Below are positions 20,173-30,997 of a DNA stretch of 64,000 nt, piece after piece (position 1 is the first letter of the stretch; each line of letters starts with the position of its first letter). The translations under genes were made by a program, and so were the position numbers. This DNA is from Candidatus Bathyarchaeota archaeon (lineage in GTDB: Archaea; Thermoproteota; Bathyarchaeia; Bathyarchaeales; Bathycorpusculaceae), in NCBI GenBank assembly GCA_963782525.1, contig CAWAKC010000003.1:320001-384000 (forward strand), read 5' to 3'. The notes under the pieces were generated by a model, which saw nothing but the letters and a program-made list of their open reading frames with translations, did no database searches and had not been told where the DNA came from.

Positions 20173-22980
20173 TTATTGCTTTAGCTGCTTTTTGACTGCT
20201 TCCTCAGCCGCCTGAACTACATCCGAAAGCTTTTCAGGTTTTGTGCCGCCGCCCTGCGCAAAGTTTGGTCTTCCGCCGCCTCCCCCGCCAAAAATCGGCG
20301 CCGCCTCCTTTACGATGGCTCCAGCATTGATACCTTTCTGCACGGCGATTTCACCAGCCATAACCATGAGCCTGCAAGTTTTGCCGGCTGAACCATAGAA
20401 GAGGGTGACGGTTGCGTCGTTACGTTTTATGAGTTCACTGCCTGTCCGCAACATTCGATCGGAATCGATTTCTTCGCCAAAGTCTCGTTTAACGATGGTT
20501 ACACCGTTGATTTCGGTAGCTGCTTCGCAACTTTGTGTTTGGCCAACTGTGCTTTCTTTAGTTGCGAGTTCTTTGATTAGTTTGCGTTTTTCAGCAGTTA
20601 CTTCTTTGAGTTCTTTTACGACTTTTTCTGCGGTTTTGTCGAGTTTATCTATGGGTGATGTAAGGGCTTCAGAGACTTTCCACAGCAAACTCTCCTGGTC
20701 CTGAACTGCCTTTAATGCTTTAAGCCCAACCGCGTAGCCTAACCGTTCTACTCCGTCTTGAACGCGTTCAGTGTAGACGATTTTTACAAAGCCCACTTCG
20801 CCGGTGTGCCCAAGGTGTGTGCCTGCACATGCTTCAACATCCCAATCGCCCGTCTTAACGACACGGATGTCCTTGCCGGGAACCGCTCCGCCCTGGTACA
20901 ACCTGAAGCCGTAGCGAGATTCTGCTTCATTGCGTGGCAGCCAAGTGGTTTCCACTTTCATGTTTGCGCCGATAGCTTGGTTTGCGAGGGTTTCGATTTG
21001 GTGGATTTCTTCCTGGGTTAGTCTGCGGTAGTGTGAGATATCGAGGCGAGAGGTTTCTAAGCCTTTTTGGGTGCCTGATTGCCAAACGTGCTCGCCCAAA
21101 ACGCGCCTTGCGGCGCCGTTGATGAGGTGAGTTACGGTGTGGGCTTTCATTAGGGAATAGCGTCTATCCCAATCAACTGTACCGTGGATGATGCTGCCTT
21201 CATCGAATGTAGCGAGCTCTTTGAGTTTGTGAACGATAACTTTGCCGATTTTCTGAACATCAACCACATCAAACTTGGTGTTGCCGCTTGTTAGCCAGCC
21301 TTGGTCGGTCGGTTGACCACCGCCTTCAGGGTACAAGCAGGTCTTATCCAGTACAACGTAGGTGCCGTTGATTATTTTTAGGACTTTAGCATCAAATTCT
21401 TTCTGGTAAACGTCTGAATAGTACAGTTGCTCAGTTGCAGGTAGTTGCTCCGCCACTTTTTGAAGAGCCTGCTCAGCCTGTGCCTCTTCCTCCTCCACGG
21501 GTTTTGGAGCCTGCATATGGCGGTTAGCGATTAATGCGTAAAAGTTCTCGGGAACCTCAACTTCGACGCCTTCTTTTTCAGCAGCTTGCTTAACGATTTC
21601 TGGGGGAAGCCCATGTGAATCGTACAGTTCCGAGAGGGTATCCATAGGAAGTTTGCCTGTGCCTTTGGATTTGAGGTCAGCTGCGATGCGTTTAACCATG
21701 CCTTCGCCGCGTTTGAGGGTTTCCACAAATTTTTCTTCTTCGACTTTAAGCATTTCTATGATTTCATTTTGCATTTGTTTGATGCGTGGGAAGTCTTGGC
21801 CCCAGTAATCCGCCTGCATGTCGATTATGTCGTAGAGATTTGCGGGTTCCATGTTTAGAGAACGCATTAGGCGGTAGACGCGGCGGAAAAGCAGCCTTGC
21901 TAGGTAGCCTTCTTGGATGTTGGATGGCACGACGCCTTCTGAGAGCATGAAGCTGAGGGTTTTGGTGTGGTCGGTAACTGCCCAAGCGTTCTCGATTGGA
22001 ACAAGAACTTTCTCCAGCGTTGGCAAGTCAATGCCTGTAAGTTCAGAAACACGTTTTCTGGCGACCATTCGGTTTGCGCGTTTGTCAACGCTAACTAAAC
22101 CTGAATATTTGGCGACTCGCATCAGGAATATGTTGTCGATGTTGGTTATTCCCGCCATAGACATGACTTTATCAAGTAAGTTGCCGTAGATGGCTTGGAA
22201 GAGGCTTGGAACACCTTGACTTATCCATGTAAAACGGTCAATGCCATACCCTGTGTCTACGGTGCGGATGGGTAGTTCGACAAAGTCGTCGCCGACAACC
22301 TTGTACTGCATGAAGACTAATGTGCCAACTTCGAGGCCGCGGCAGATGCATTCAACGTCTGGACCGGCGTTTCCTCCGCCAACCCAAACGCCCTCCTTGT
22401 AGATTACTTCTTCAGATTTTATGCCGAGGCATTCGGTGGCAAAGCGGTGGTGGAATCGGACGGTGTCGTCTTTCCAGTAGACTTCTTTGTCGGGGTAGTT
22501 GAAAGCATGAGCTCCGCCCATCTCAAAGATGGTTAAGTGCCGTCCGAATGTAGGTCCTGTGTTGGATATGTCAGTTAATCTGATGCATGGTTGCGAAATC
22601 ACAAGCGGGTTAGCTGGAGGCGGCGCTATTCCCTCAGTAACATAAGGCTGAAAATCGATGATGCTTGCATGAGTTAAGTAAATGTCCTTTCTCCAACGGG
22701 CCACAACTGGATAGGGCTTAATCCGCGTGTGGCCGTTCTTTTCAAAAAACGATAAGAATGCTTCCCGCATCTCAGGGAGACTGAATTTTTTGGTTGTTGC
22801 AGGTTTTCCCAGAAAAGTGTAACATCCACACTCGTCTGAGCCAGATTCACCACAAGTTTCCTGATCTGCATTCTGTGTCCAGAAGTATTCGCCGCATTTT
22901 GGACAATGTTTTCTTATAAAGCCTTCTTGTTTGAAGAATGGAAGCGCATAAGCGTCTGCTGGGAAACTTTTTTCAACCAT
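20173..22980 (-). CDS. alaS: Alanine--tRNA ligase (archaeal type)
   Basis: PYPVVARWR, ASIIDFQP, DTGYGIDR, HTVTH editing motif, ACAGTH, GGGGG C-terminus. Confidence 0.98.
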   Translation of the reverse strand: MVEKSFPADAYALPFFKQEGFIRKHCPKCGEYFWTQNADQETCGESGSDECGCYTFLGKPATTKKFSLPEMREAFLSFFEKNGHTRIKPYPVVARWRKDIYLTHASIIDFQPYVTEGIAPPPANPLVISQPCIRLTDISNTGPTFGRHLTIFEMGGAHAFNYPDKEVYWKDDTVRFHHRFATECLGIKSEEVIYKEGVWVGGGNAGPDVECICRGLEVGTLVFMQYKVVGDDFVELPIRTVDTGYGIDRFTWISQGVPSLFQAIYGNLLDKVMSMAGITNIDNIFLMRVAKYSGLVSVDKRANRMVARKRVSELTGIDLPTLEKVLVPIENAWAVTDHTKTLSFMLSEGVVPSNIQEGYLARLLFRRVYRLMRSLNMEPANLYDIIDMQADYWGQDFPRIKQMQNEIIEMLKVEEEKFVETLKRGEGMVKRIAADLKSKGTGKLPMDTLSELYDSHGLPPEIVKQAAEKEGVEVEVPENFYALIANRHMQAPKPVEEEEAQAEQALQKVAEQLPATEQLYYSDVYQKEFDAKVLKIINGTYVVLDKTCLYPEGGGQPTDQGWLTSGNTKFDVVDVQKIGKVIVHKLKELATFDEGSIIHGTVDWDRRYSLMKAHTVTHLINGAARRVLGEHVWQSGTQKGLETSRLDISHYRRLTQEEIHQIETLANQAIGANMKVETTWLPRNEAESRYGFRLYQGGAVPGKDIRVVKTGDWDVEACAGTHLGHTGEVGFVKIVYTERVQDGVERLGYAVGLKALKAVQDQESLLWKVSEALTSPIDKLDKTAEKVVKELKEVTAEKRKLIKELATKESTVGQTQSCEAATEINGVTIVKRDFGEEIDSDRMLRTGSELIKRNDATVTLFYGSAGKTCRLMVMAGEIAVQKGINAGAIVKEAAPIFGGGGGGRPNFAQGGGTKPEKLSDVVQAAEEAVKKQLKQ

Positions 22981-23143
22981 TATGGATGCCTCTTTTTGAT
23001 TTGTTGTGGGATGGGTTTATGGGTTTCACGGATTTAAATATAAGCATAAGAATGGGGTAATTGGAACCCTCTCACATTTTGAGTTTTTAGCTTGAATTAT
23101 TTCAAAGCAGTTTTAACCAGTTTTAACAGTAAATAGAAGGCTG

Positions 23144-23207
23144 GGGGCTGCGAATTTTTTCTAATCGAGGAGAATTGGGCAGGATTAGAGTTTACCTATG
23201 CAGCCCC
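23144..23207 (-). ncRNA. Candidate sRNA: two-stem hairpin with UUCUCCUC loop and its own TATA box
   Basis: GGGGCTGC/GCAGCCCC and TCTAATC/GATTAGA stems; minus-strand GGGAAAATTCTTTTAAG (BRE/TATA-like) at ~23237-23253. Confidence 0.45.
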
Positions 23208-23363
23208 GCAACTTAGCGAACAATCAATCAAGTTAACTTAAAAGAATTTTCCCAAAACTTTCCCTAAACTATTTTTCTGAAAAGAGTATTTAAACTAGAA
23301 AAAAGTGCCGGTTGTTTTAAAATAAAAAGGAACCGCCAGCAACAACCGGTTTCCCATATACGC

Positions 23364-23735
23364 CTATGCTTGACAAACAATAACGTGTCTGGGTTTCATA
23401 GTTAATGAGACTTTGTCAGTTGTGGCTAACTCATAGTTGGTTGTGTTTTTGATTGCTTTTTTGGGGCAGCTTTCGGCGCATTGGTAGCAGAAGAGGCATT
23501 TGGATAGGTTGAATTGTGGACGTTTTTTTCCATTGTAGAATTCAACCATTTCTATTGCGCCCCCAGGACAGTCTCTGCTGCAGAGCCCACAACCTATACA
23601 GATTTTGCAGTCGAGTTGCATTTGTCCTCGAAAACTATCGTGTAATTGAGGCTTAACATAAGGGTATCCAGCTGTTGCAGGCTTAGTAAACACAAATGAT
23701 GCTACTTTTTTAAATATGGGGGATATTTTCGCCAA
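23364..23735 (-). CDS. 2x[4Fe-4S] ferredoxin, NuoI/EchF/HycF-like subunit (orphan)
   Basis: KPATAGYP...FRG; CIGCGLCSRDCP and CLFCYQCAESCP. Confidence 0.88.
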   Translation of the reverse strand: MAKISPIFKKVASFVFTKPATAGYPYVKPQLHDSFRGQMQLDCKICIGCGLCSRDCPGGAIEMVEFYNGKKRPQFNLSKCLFCYQCAESCPKKAIKNTTNYELATTDKVSLTMKPRHVIVCQA

Positions 23736-23760
23736 TTTTTTCCACTCCTTTAACTCTTGG

Positions 23761-23923
23761 TGGGCAAAAGCAGAGAAAAATGGAATTGTCTCTTTGTTCG
23801 CTGAGTTACTATGGCAAATTAAGAAGTTTTGTTTCCGCCTAAACCTTGGCGATGGTGTTCCACTTTAGCTCAAGAGAGACTTTGATGGCGATGTTAATTG
23901 GTGTTGTTGTATGCTTTTGCCCA
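23761..23923. promoter_or_regulatory. Large fold-back element upstream of the ferredoxin gene
   Basis: Perfect 12-bp TGGGCAAAAGCA/TGCTTTTGCCCA enclosing GTCTCT/AGAGAC, GCTGAGT/ACTTTAGC and CGCC/GGCG stems. Confidence 0.45.
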
Positions 23924-24030
23924 ACATAACAGTGTTATAGGTGCCTTTTATTGTTTACGCTTTTCCACAAATTTAAAGCCCGCTAAAAGCTTATTTTTAG
24001 ATTTATGGCAAAATTTAAAACGATATACCA

Positions 24031-25371
24031 CTAATCCGAATGCCAACCGCTAATCAGTCTGAAATCAGGAATACCACGCTTTTCTTGGCCATAACGCCGA
24101 AAAGGCTTAGTCAAATGACGCTGAGATCTAGTTGAAGTCAAATACAAACCTACCTTAATTTTTCGGGAATTAATCAATTCTTGCTTTTTCAAAGCGCTAT
24201 ATTTACCGCCGCATTTTTCACAACGCATACCCTGTTTTTTACCCATCGACTTCAAGCGTCTTCCGCAGTTGGGGCAGAGCGGGTTTTCAAGGGTTACTTG
24301 TTGTGCAAGTTCAAGAATTTTGATTTTTTCCAAGTTGATCGTTAAAGGCTTGCTCACGGTCGCTTTATGAACCGCACCAAAAACTTCAATGCTATCGCCA
24401 ATAAATAATTCCCTTGCGATTTTTCGCAGGTCACCAGTGGGCTCGTAAGCGGCACAATCCACTTCTGCCGAATCATCCTTGATGGAGAAGATGACGTGGC
24501 GCAGGGGAATAATCCGGGGGTTTTGGGAAACGGTTCCTTTGGCGATGACTGAACTGTAAGACTTAAGGTCGCTTAGGACATTGACGGGTCTTAGGTGGGC
24601 GTCTGTGCCTTGGTTGCTGCGGAAAATAACCCAACGTTCGATAGGTTCGGGGGAATTGACCAAGCTAAATGCTTTTTTAACTATTTCCGCGGTTTCACCT
24701 CGGATACCAAATAAGATGGGGTCTGGACCACGAGGTGTAATGATTACTCGGCCTTTCTCCATGTCAATGTTGTTGAAAGTGCAGGGTTGGGTTAACTTAT
24801 CCATTTCAAAAATCGAGGCTTCATCGACTCTTCTTTTGGTGCCTAAGTTCTCGGGTGTGCGGTAAGCAATCAACTCGTAAGTATAGTCGTCTTCAAGGGT
24901 TTCGCCGATAGATGCTAACGCGCCGATGATGCCTCGGCAAGAGTTAAACCCTGCCGCTTCTGCACCCAACTTCTTAATTAATGCGGTTGCTTCTTTGAGG
25001 GTTACGATGGTTGTTTCGGTTCTTTTGGCGTAAGCTTTCAATTCCTCAGGAATTTTCTTGGTTTTGTAGAAGACGATTCCCGGGTCAGTGCCTTTCTCTT
25101 GCATGGCTGAGTGTTTTTCCCATAGCGCCATGGCAGTTTCTTTTATTTGGTCTTCAAATTCAATTGAGTATGTGAACCGCAAGCAGAGGGCGCCGTTGCC
25201 CCTGGTTTTCCAAGGAACGTTAGGGTTGAGCCTTATTAAACCCGGGTAATCAATAAACTGCACTTTAAATTTTTTGAGCTCCTCGATCAAAACCGCTGTT
25301 AAATAGGTGGTGCAGCCCCCATTCGTTGAATCTGTGTCATCTAACCCAATATGTATAGTCTCTGTCGTCAA
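24031..25371 (-). CDS. tiaS: tRNA(Ile2) agmatinylcytidine synthetase
   Basis: GLDDTDS..GGCTTY, LIRLNPNVPWKTRGNGA, PDPILFGIRG, NQGTDAHL, Zn ribbon, RHLTKP. Confidence 0.96.
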   Translation of the reverse strand: MTTETIHIGLDDTDSTNGGCTTYLTAVLIEELKKFKVQFIDYPGLIRLNPNVPWKTRGNGALCLRFTYSIEFEDQIKETAMALWEKHSAMQEKGTDPGIVFYKTKKIPEELKAYAKRTETTIVTLKEATALIKKLGAEAAGFNSCRGIIGALASIGETLEDDYTYELIAYRTPENLGTKRRVDEASIFEMDKLTQPCTFNNIDMEKGRVIITPRGPDPILFGIRGETAEIVKKAFSLVNSPEPIERWVIFRSNQGTDAHLRPVNVLSDLKSYSSVIAKGTVSQNPRIIPLRHVIFSIKDDSAEVDCAAYEPTGDLRKIARELFIGDSIEVFGAVHKATVSKPLTINLEKIKILELAQQVTLENPLCPNCGRRLKSMGKKQGMRCEKCGGKYSALKKQELINSRKIKVGLYLTSTRSQRHLTKPFRRYGQEKRGIPDFRLISGWHSD

Positions 25372-25452
25372 CGGCGGCTACTCTCCAAGATAAAATAAAA
25401 AGATGCGTTGGAAGGTAAAAAATATTGTTAGCCTAGCCGGTTAAGGCAGTTT

Positions 25453-25734
25453 TTATATTGGGGGGTTTTCGAAAAGAACTTGTTCTTGGAATGAGGTTGG
25501 GGGCTTTTCCGTTATTATCAGAGTTAATTTTATGTTTATTTTGCCTATTTTTTCGATCTTCTGAGTGATTATCTGTTTGAATTCATCTATGCTGTCGGCT
25601 TTGACGTTTACGGAATAAGTCATAAACACCCCGTAGGTTGTGGGCTTCTTCGACGCCCTCAACTTTTTTTAAGGCCCTTAGAACTTGTTTTTCAGATCCA
25701 ATTTCGGTGTTACGAGGACGTATGCTGTGGGCAT
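25453..25734 (-). pseudogene. Lrp/AsnC ligand-binding (RAM) domain protein with two frameshifts
   Basis: ATG 25734 MPTAYVLV, shift, TEIGSEKQVLRALKKVEGVEEAH..GVYD, shift, VKADSIDEFKQIIT; paralog of 26084. Confidence 0.75.
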
Positions 25735-26083
25735 TTTTGTTTTCTCCATAAATTTTAGGGTTTAGTGGTTGGTTTCAGAGGTCCGGTTGCTCTTTATTGT
25801 TTGGGGGAAACACAAAAAGGGTCATTGTGGACCAAACCTCTTCATCCAACCGATTAAAAACTTGGTGCATTTGCGGGTAGCGAGAACTCCGACGGGTTTG
25901 CTCTCTTGTAGTTTAATTTTTTTCTGCAGGCCTTTTTCCATTTTGTCTCTACCTTCAATGCACAGGAGTGATACATCGGTCAAAAATGATTTAAAATTAT
26001 GTGATTGTAGCTTGCTAGTCACAAATGTAACAAAACAACTAAAGAAAGCCGCTACTTACTTAAAAGAAGAAAAATTGATGAGT

Positions 26084-26320
26084 CTACTTGTCTTCTACAA
26101 CAATCATTGTTAAAGTAGAACGCACTTTGTCTAACCGGCGGATTCTCCAAGTTACAATTTCTTTTAGTTTATCCATAGTGTCTGCTTTAACTCTTGCAAC
26201 TATGTCGTAGACTCCGTAAACAGCTGAGGCTTCTTCGACGCCCTCAACTTTTTTAAGCTCTTTTAAAACATCCGATTCAGAGCCTATCTCAGTATTTATT
26301 AATACAAACGCTGTAGGCAT
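26084..26320 (-). CDS. Stand-alone Lrp/AsnC ligand-binding domain protein
   Basis: MPTAFVLINTEIGSE...VYGVYDIVARVKAD...VRSTLTMIV. Confidence 0.9.
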   Translation of the reverse strand: MPTAFVLINTEIGSESDVLKELKKVEGVEEASAVYGVYDIVARVKADTMDKLKEIVTWRIRRLDKVRSTLTMIVVEDK

Positions 26321-26378
26321 AACAATCCTCAACCAATAACTTAGGCACAGTTTGAATTAAAATGTTTCCTTGTTTACA

Positions 26379-27443
26379 TTAATGGGACTGTCTAATTATT
26401 TTTATTCCAGCCCACTGCAACGCAAAATACGATACAATCAGTCGGAACCACAGGTTTACCATCCTCGCCAACAAAGTCACCGAGAGCGCTAATGAAGCAG
26501 GAATCAATAAAGCATTAAACGAAACAGTCATAATCAATTCGGGGAACCCAAAAAAAGTGACGCCAACAGTTTGCAACGTTCCTGTTAAAGTAAAAACAAT
26601 CAAGACTTTATCAATTGGAACAGGATAACCTAACGCAATAAAAGACAAAGAAATAACGGAGATTTCACAGATAAAACTTAGAATGGCACAAATTGCAGGT
26701 TTAACTAATGCCTCAGGATGCTCAGTTATCTGTTTGATTCCAGCATGAAATTTATCAAGCCCATCTTCCGCTTTCAGCTTGAAATCAAAAGGGCTCCACC
26801 GTTTTCTGAAAAAAACTACAATTTTTATTGCCAAATTAAGCAAAGTTTTGGTGGCTACCGGCTTAATGCTGACATAGTAAACGATTGCCAACGCCGCAAT
26901 CGAGAGTGTGAGAACAGTAACCATTAAAAGAGTTGTTGCGATCGGCAGGGAATAGTTAACAAGCACTAAACCCAAACCAGTGCTTAACGCAGCAATTGTT
27001 ATTGTCATTGTAAAAATTTTTTGTCCAACGACCGATGCCCCGATTTTTCCTGCATCAATATCTGAGTTTTTAGCTAGCAAGTATGTTTTGGATATTTCTC
27101 CTGACCAGCCCAACTGTGGCACGGTTGCTTCAAAAAACAATCCAACCCATGTTAACAGTAAAGTTTTGCGTTTGCTAACTTTTACTGATAAGCAGTTAAG
27201 CAATCCTTGCCAGACAAGCGAAGAGAAAAACGCAAACATAAAGTAGGAAATAAATGCTGCCGAGTAGACTGCAAGGTTGGTTTTTGAGAGAATACTGACG
27301 ACTTGTGCTGGGTTGATATAGAAGTAAACATAGAGAAGGAAGGCTACTAAACCCAAAACCAAAACTAAAACAATTGGGTTTAAGCGTAAGGGTTTTGTCG
27401 CCGTTTTCATTGTGGGTTTCAAGCCTTTGTTAGACTTCGGCAA
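26379..27443 (-). CDS. Lysylphosphatidylglycerol synthase TM / flippase-like (UPF0104) protein
   Basis: Multi-TM; VPQLGWSGEISKTY; LLARMVNLWFR. Confidence 0.82.
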   Translation of the reverse strand: MPKSNKGLKPTMKTATKPLRLNPIVLVLVLGLVAFLLYVYFYINPAQVVSILSKTNLAVYSAAFISYFMFAFFSSLVWQGLLNCLSVKVSKRKTLLLTWVGLFFEATVPQLGWSGEISKTYLLAKNSDIDAGKIGASVVGQKIFTMTITIAALSTGLGLVLVNYSLPIATTLLMVTVLTLSIAALAIVYYVSIKPVATKTLLNLAIKIVVFFRKRWSPFDFKLKAEDGLDKFHAGIKQITEHPEALVKPAICAILSFICEISVISLSFIALGYPVPIDKVLIVFTLTGTLQTVGVTFFGFPELIMTVSFNALLIPASLALSVTLLARMVNLWFRLIVSYFALQWAGIKIIRQSH

Positions 27444-27596
27444 TAAAACATTTAAGGTTTAATCGAAACCTATGTTCAATGTTTCCAATTATTGTGAGAT
27501 GCTTTTGCTGGCCAATATGATTAGAGTGAAAAATAAAAAAGAGTTGTTTCTTTATTGTTAAAAAATAAGTGTTGACGTTTCTTTTCTGAAAGCGTC

Positions 27597-27830
27597 TTAT
27601 TCTTCCATCATAATCAACGTCAGAGTCGAGCGTACACGGCTGAGGGCTCTTATTTTATGAGTAACCATGTCCTTGAGCTTCTCCATCGAGTCAGCTTTAA
27701 CCTTAGCAATAATATCGTAAACGCCATACGAGTAGTATGCTTCTACTATACCCTCAATCTTCTTGAGGTCTTTAACGATATCTTCTTCTGCTCCCGATTC
27801 AACATTTATCAACACAAAGGCTTGAGGCAT
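27597..27830 (-). CDS. Stand-alone Lrp/AsnC ligand-binding domain protein
   Basis: MPQAFVLINVESGAE...SYGVYDIIAKVKAD...VRSTLTLIM. Confidence 0.9.
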   Translation of the reverse strand: MPQAFVLINVESGAEEDIVKDLKKIEGIVEAYYSYGVYDIIAKVKADSMEKLKDMVTHKIRALSRVRSTLTLIMMEE

Positions 27831-28155
27831 ATAAGGTCTCCAACTGTACTATTGCATCACTTGACATTAATATCTTATGCAGTAAAAATGTTATTTTTCA
27901 CTTGAATCCAAAAATTATTTGAGTTCAAGGGAGCTGTCAATAAATGTTGAGGGTTACAAGTTTGTTTATTGGTCAAAATTAGATGTGCTAATTTTAATCT
28001 GTCAATTGCTGCTGTTAAGAGGGTTAAGACACAACCGCAGATACAGGCAACCGCCACCCCCATAGTTTATTCACCTGTTCAGAATTTGAATGCCTAATTG
28101 CACGTTTTTACAGCTTGTCACACAAAAGAGTTATATTAAATCGCCATGAAAGGTA

Positions 28156-29805
28156 GTGATTATTGCGGGGAAAAGCATGGTTAAGTACATTTTCGTAACT
28201 GGCGGAGTACTTAGTTCGGTAGGCAAGGGCATCTTAACTTCCTCCATCGGCAAAATGCTGCAAGCAAGAGGATTAAAGCCAACGGTAGTTAAAATCGACC
28301 CTTACGTTAACATTGATGCGGGAACAATGAACCCGTACATGCACGGCGAAGTCTTCGTCACCGACGACGGCGGCGAAACCGACTTGGACCTCGGCTGGTA
28401 CGAACGATTCCTGGATTTAAGCCTAAAACAAGAAAATAACTTGACCACTGGAACAATATATCGATCAGTCATCGAGAAGGAACGCCACGGCGATTTTCTG
28501 GGTCGATGCGTACAGATTGTTCCTCATATAACTAATGAAATAAAAAACCGAATCCGAAACGCTGCAAAAATGGTGAACGCTGAAATTGTTCTCACAGAGG
28601 TCGGGGGCACAGTTGGCGACATTGAAGGATTACCCTTCTTGGAAGCGATACGCCAGATGCGTGTGGAAGAGGGCTACGAAAACACGCTCTATGTCCATGT
28701 TGCCTTGGTACCAATTTTAGATGTCACAGGAGAAATGAAAACTAAACCGCTCCAGCACAGCGTCAACGAACTTCGCCGCATCGGTATCCAGCCTGACACC
28801 ATAGTCGCTCGAAGCCCGCAAATGATTGATGCTGAAGCACTTAGAAAAATTGCACTGTTTGGCACCATACCTGAGAGCGCAGTTTTCTGCAGTTACAACG
28901 CTGAAACCGTCTATCAAGTTCCTCTTATCCTCGACAAGCAGGGTATGGGCGACTTTATCTGTCAACGTTTAGGTCTTAAATGTGAAGGCAAAGACTTCAG
29001 CCAATGGCAAGTCTTCGTTGATGGTATGGTTCATCCTGAGCATGAAGTAAAAATTGCGTTGGTAGGTAAATACGCTGGCTTATCTGACAGCTATGTTAGC
29101 ATGACTGAAGCGCTTAGGCATGGCGGTGCAGCATGCAAAACCAAAGTATGCATTTCCTATTTAGAAGCAGAAAAATTTGAACGCGAACCCCAATGCGTTA
29201 AAGACCTATCAAATTACGACGGCGTATTCGTTCCCTACGGTTTTGGTCCAAGAGGCACAGAAGGCAAAATAGCTGCTGCAAAGTATGCCCGAGAAAACGA
29301 CATACCATTTCTGGGGATATGCTATGGTTTCCAGTTAGCGGTCATCGAGTTTGCCCGAAACGTCTGCAGCTTAAAAGACGCCAACAGCACAGAAATCAAC
29401 CCTGACACACCCTACCCCGTTATCGATTTGATGCCTGAACAACGCGGAATAGAAAGCAAAGGTGCAACCATGCGTTTAGGTGCCCACAAAGTCGTACTGC
29501 AAAAAGGTTCTCTGGCGTATAATATGTTTGGGCAAGAAGAAATTCATGAACGCCACCGCCACCGCTTCGAAGTAAACCTCGACTACATCGAAGCCCTAAA
29601 AAACAATGGGTTACGTTTCACAGGAAAGAGCAGCGACGGCAGAAGAATGGAGACCCTTGAGCTACCTGACAAATACTTCTATTTTGCCAGTCAATTCCAT
29701 GGCGAATTCAAGAGCCGACCAGGAAGGCCTTCGCCTGAATACTCTGGGTTTATTCAAGCATGCATCAACAAACAGCTTGGGAAACCAAAAACCCCCATTT
29801 CCTAA
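28156..29805 (+). CDS. pyrG: CTP synthase (likely start ATG 28177)
   Basis: [55 protein letters not shown]. Confidence 0.98.
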   Translation: MIIAGKSMVKYIFVTGGVLSSVGKGILTSSIGKMLQARGLKPTVVKIDPYVNIDAGTMNPYMHGEVFVTDDGGETDLDLGWYERFLDLSLKQENNLTTGTIYRSVIEKERHGDFLGRCVQIVPHITNEIKNRIRNAAKMVNAEIVLTEVGGTVGDIEGLPFLEAIRQMRVEEGYENTLYVHVALVPILDVTGEMKTKPLQHSVNELRRIGIQPDTIVARSPQMIDAEALRKIALFGTIPESAVFCSYNAETVYQVPLILDKQGMGDFICQRLGLKCEGKDFSQWQVFVDGMVHPEHEVKIALVGKYAGLSDSYVSMTEALRHGGAACKTKVCISYLEAEKFEREPQCVKDLSNYDGVFVPYGFGPRGTEGKIAAAKYARENDIPFLGICYGFQLAVIEFARNVCSLKDANSTEINPDTPYPVIDLMPEQRGIESKGATMRLGAHKVVLQKGSLAYNMFGQEEIHERHRHRFEVNLDYIEALKNNGLRFTGKSSDGRRMETLELPDKYFYFASQFHGEFKSRPGRPSPEYSGFIQACINKQLGKPKTPIS

Positions 29806-29873
29806 GAAAACTCACTTTACTAGAAAAGGCTATTATGCACAGTTGTATCTTCTGCTTAAAGGACCGATATAAA

Positions 29874-30164
29874 ATGGAACCTACTGGAAAAAGAGATTCA
29901 GACGCTTATAGCAAAAAAATGTCCGAAGCCAAAGATGAATTAACCCTTCTACAAGAAGAACTCAACAACGTCATCGTAAGGTTTGTTCTACGTGCACTGC
30001 GCGTTTACCAATCCACAAGACCCGAACCTTTGCGTGTTAACGAAATTGCGCTGCTTGGTCGAAACGAAATCAAAAATGTTTTGACCGACTTAAACGATCA
30101 AGCAAACACTGATAACCTTGCCAAGTTGGCTAAGGAAGCTTGGGCAAAAGAAGCTAAACAATAA
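29874..30164 (+). CDS. Hypothetical helical protein
   Basis: ORF track 29760..30164; probable start MEPTGKRD at 29874. Confidence 0.6.
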   Translation: MEPTGKRDSDAYSKKMSEAKDELTLLQEELNNVIVRFVLRALRVYQSTRPEPLRVNEIALLGRNEIKNVLTDLNDQANTDNLAKLAKEAWAKEAKQ

Positions 30165-30263
30165 TTTTTCTTTCTTTTTCTTGTTTTATCTGCGCAGGAT
30201 ATTTTGCTTGGTTTTTAATATTTGGAAAAATTTGGTAAATAAAAAACTAAAGGTTGGAAGAAA

Positions 30264-30686
30264 TTATTTTCGGCGGCAGAATTCTTCCATTATCGACATC
30301 AATTTTGGAACCGCGTAGACGATTGCTCTATCATCGAGCAGGCCAACGAGTGCTCCAGCTTTGTCGACAACTGGTAAGTGCTTTATGTTCCAGTGCTTCA
30401 TTAGTTTAGCTGCTTCTTCAACAGTTGCGTTTTCATCGATAACGACGAGTGGGTTTGTGTAGACCATTCTTGCAATGACTGTTTTGAGTGGAACGTTCGC
30501 TTCAACTGCCCTGATCAAAACGTCTTTGACGGTGATGATTCCGGTTGGTTTCCCGCTTTGAACCACAAGGATTGCGTCTTTGTCGAATTTGTTCATGATT
30601 GCAACTACTTCTTGCATAACAGTGTTGTTGTTTACGACTTTAACATCTTTTTGCATGATGTCTTTTACAACGACATTACTTGCCAT
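30264..30686 (-). CDS. CBS domain pair protein
   Basis: VKDIMQKDV, GIITVKDVL, IKHLPVVD..G.LVG. Confidence 0.92.
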   Translation of the reverse strand: MASNVVVKDIMQKDVKVVNNNTVMQEVVAIMNKFDKDAILVVQSGKPTGIITVKDVLIRAVEANVPLKTVIARMVYTNPLVVIDENATVEEAAKLMKHWNIKHLPVVDKAGALVGLLDDRAIVYAVPKLMSIMEEFCRRK

Positions 30687-30997
30687 TTTTAATTTTCACC
30701 TATAACGCTATGACAGAAGCAGAGCTCATTTATCAATTTTTTGTTTATTACGCTTTTCCCTGGTGTGTTTGGATTGGCGGTGTCACGTTTTTTTAACAGA
30801 AGTTGTGACAGAAACCCTGCTATACCACAACAACAACCAAGCGGGCTTAGCTATGATTTTTTTCTGTAGCCCTCCATAAATACCCTTAACAAACACACAA
30901 ACAGTCTTGCAGCAACTAAGTCAAACGGCAGAATCCTCTGGAACTGTGCTATACCAGCGTTGTTTATCACTGCGGCAAACAGGTTGAGTACCTTCAA

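Noticed and set aside
27875-28063. 62-aa SD-led ORF upstream of a Lrp-domain gene
   Set aside because: No recognisable family, and it overlaps probable promoter DNA; evidence insufficient.
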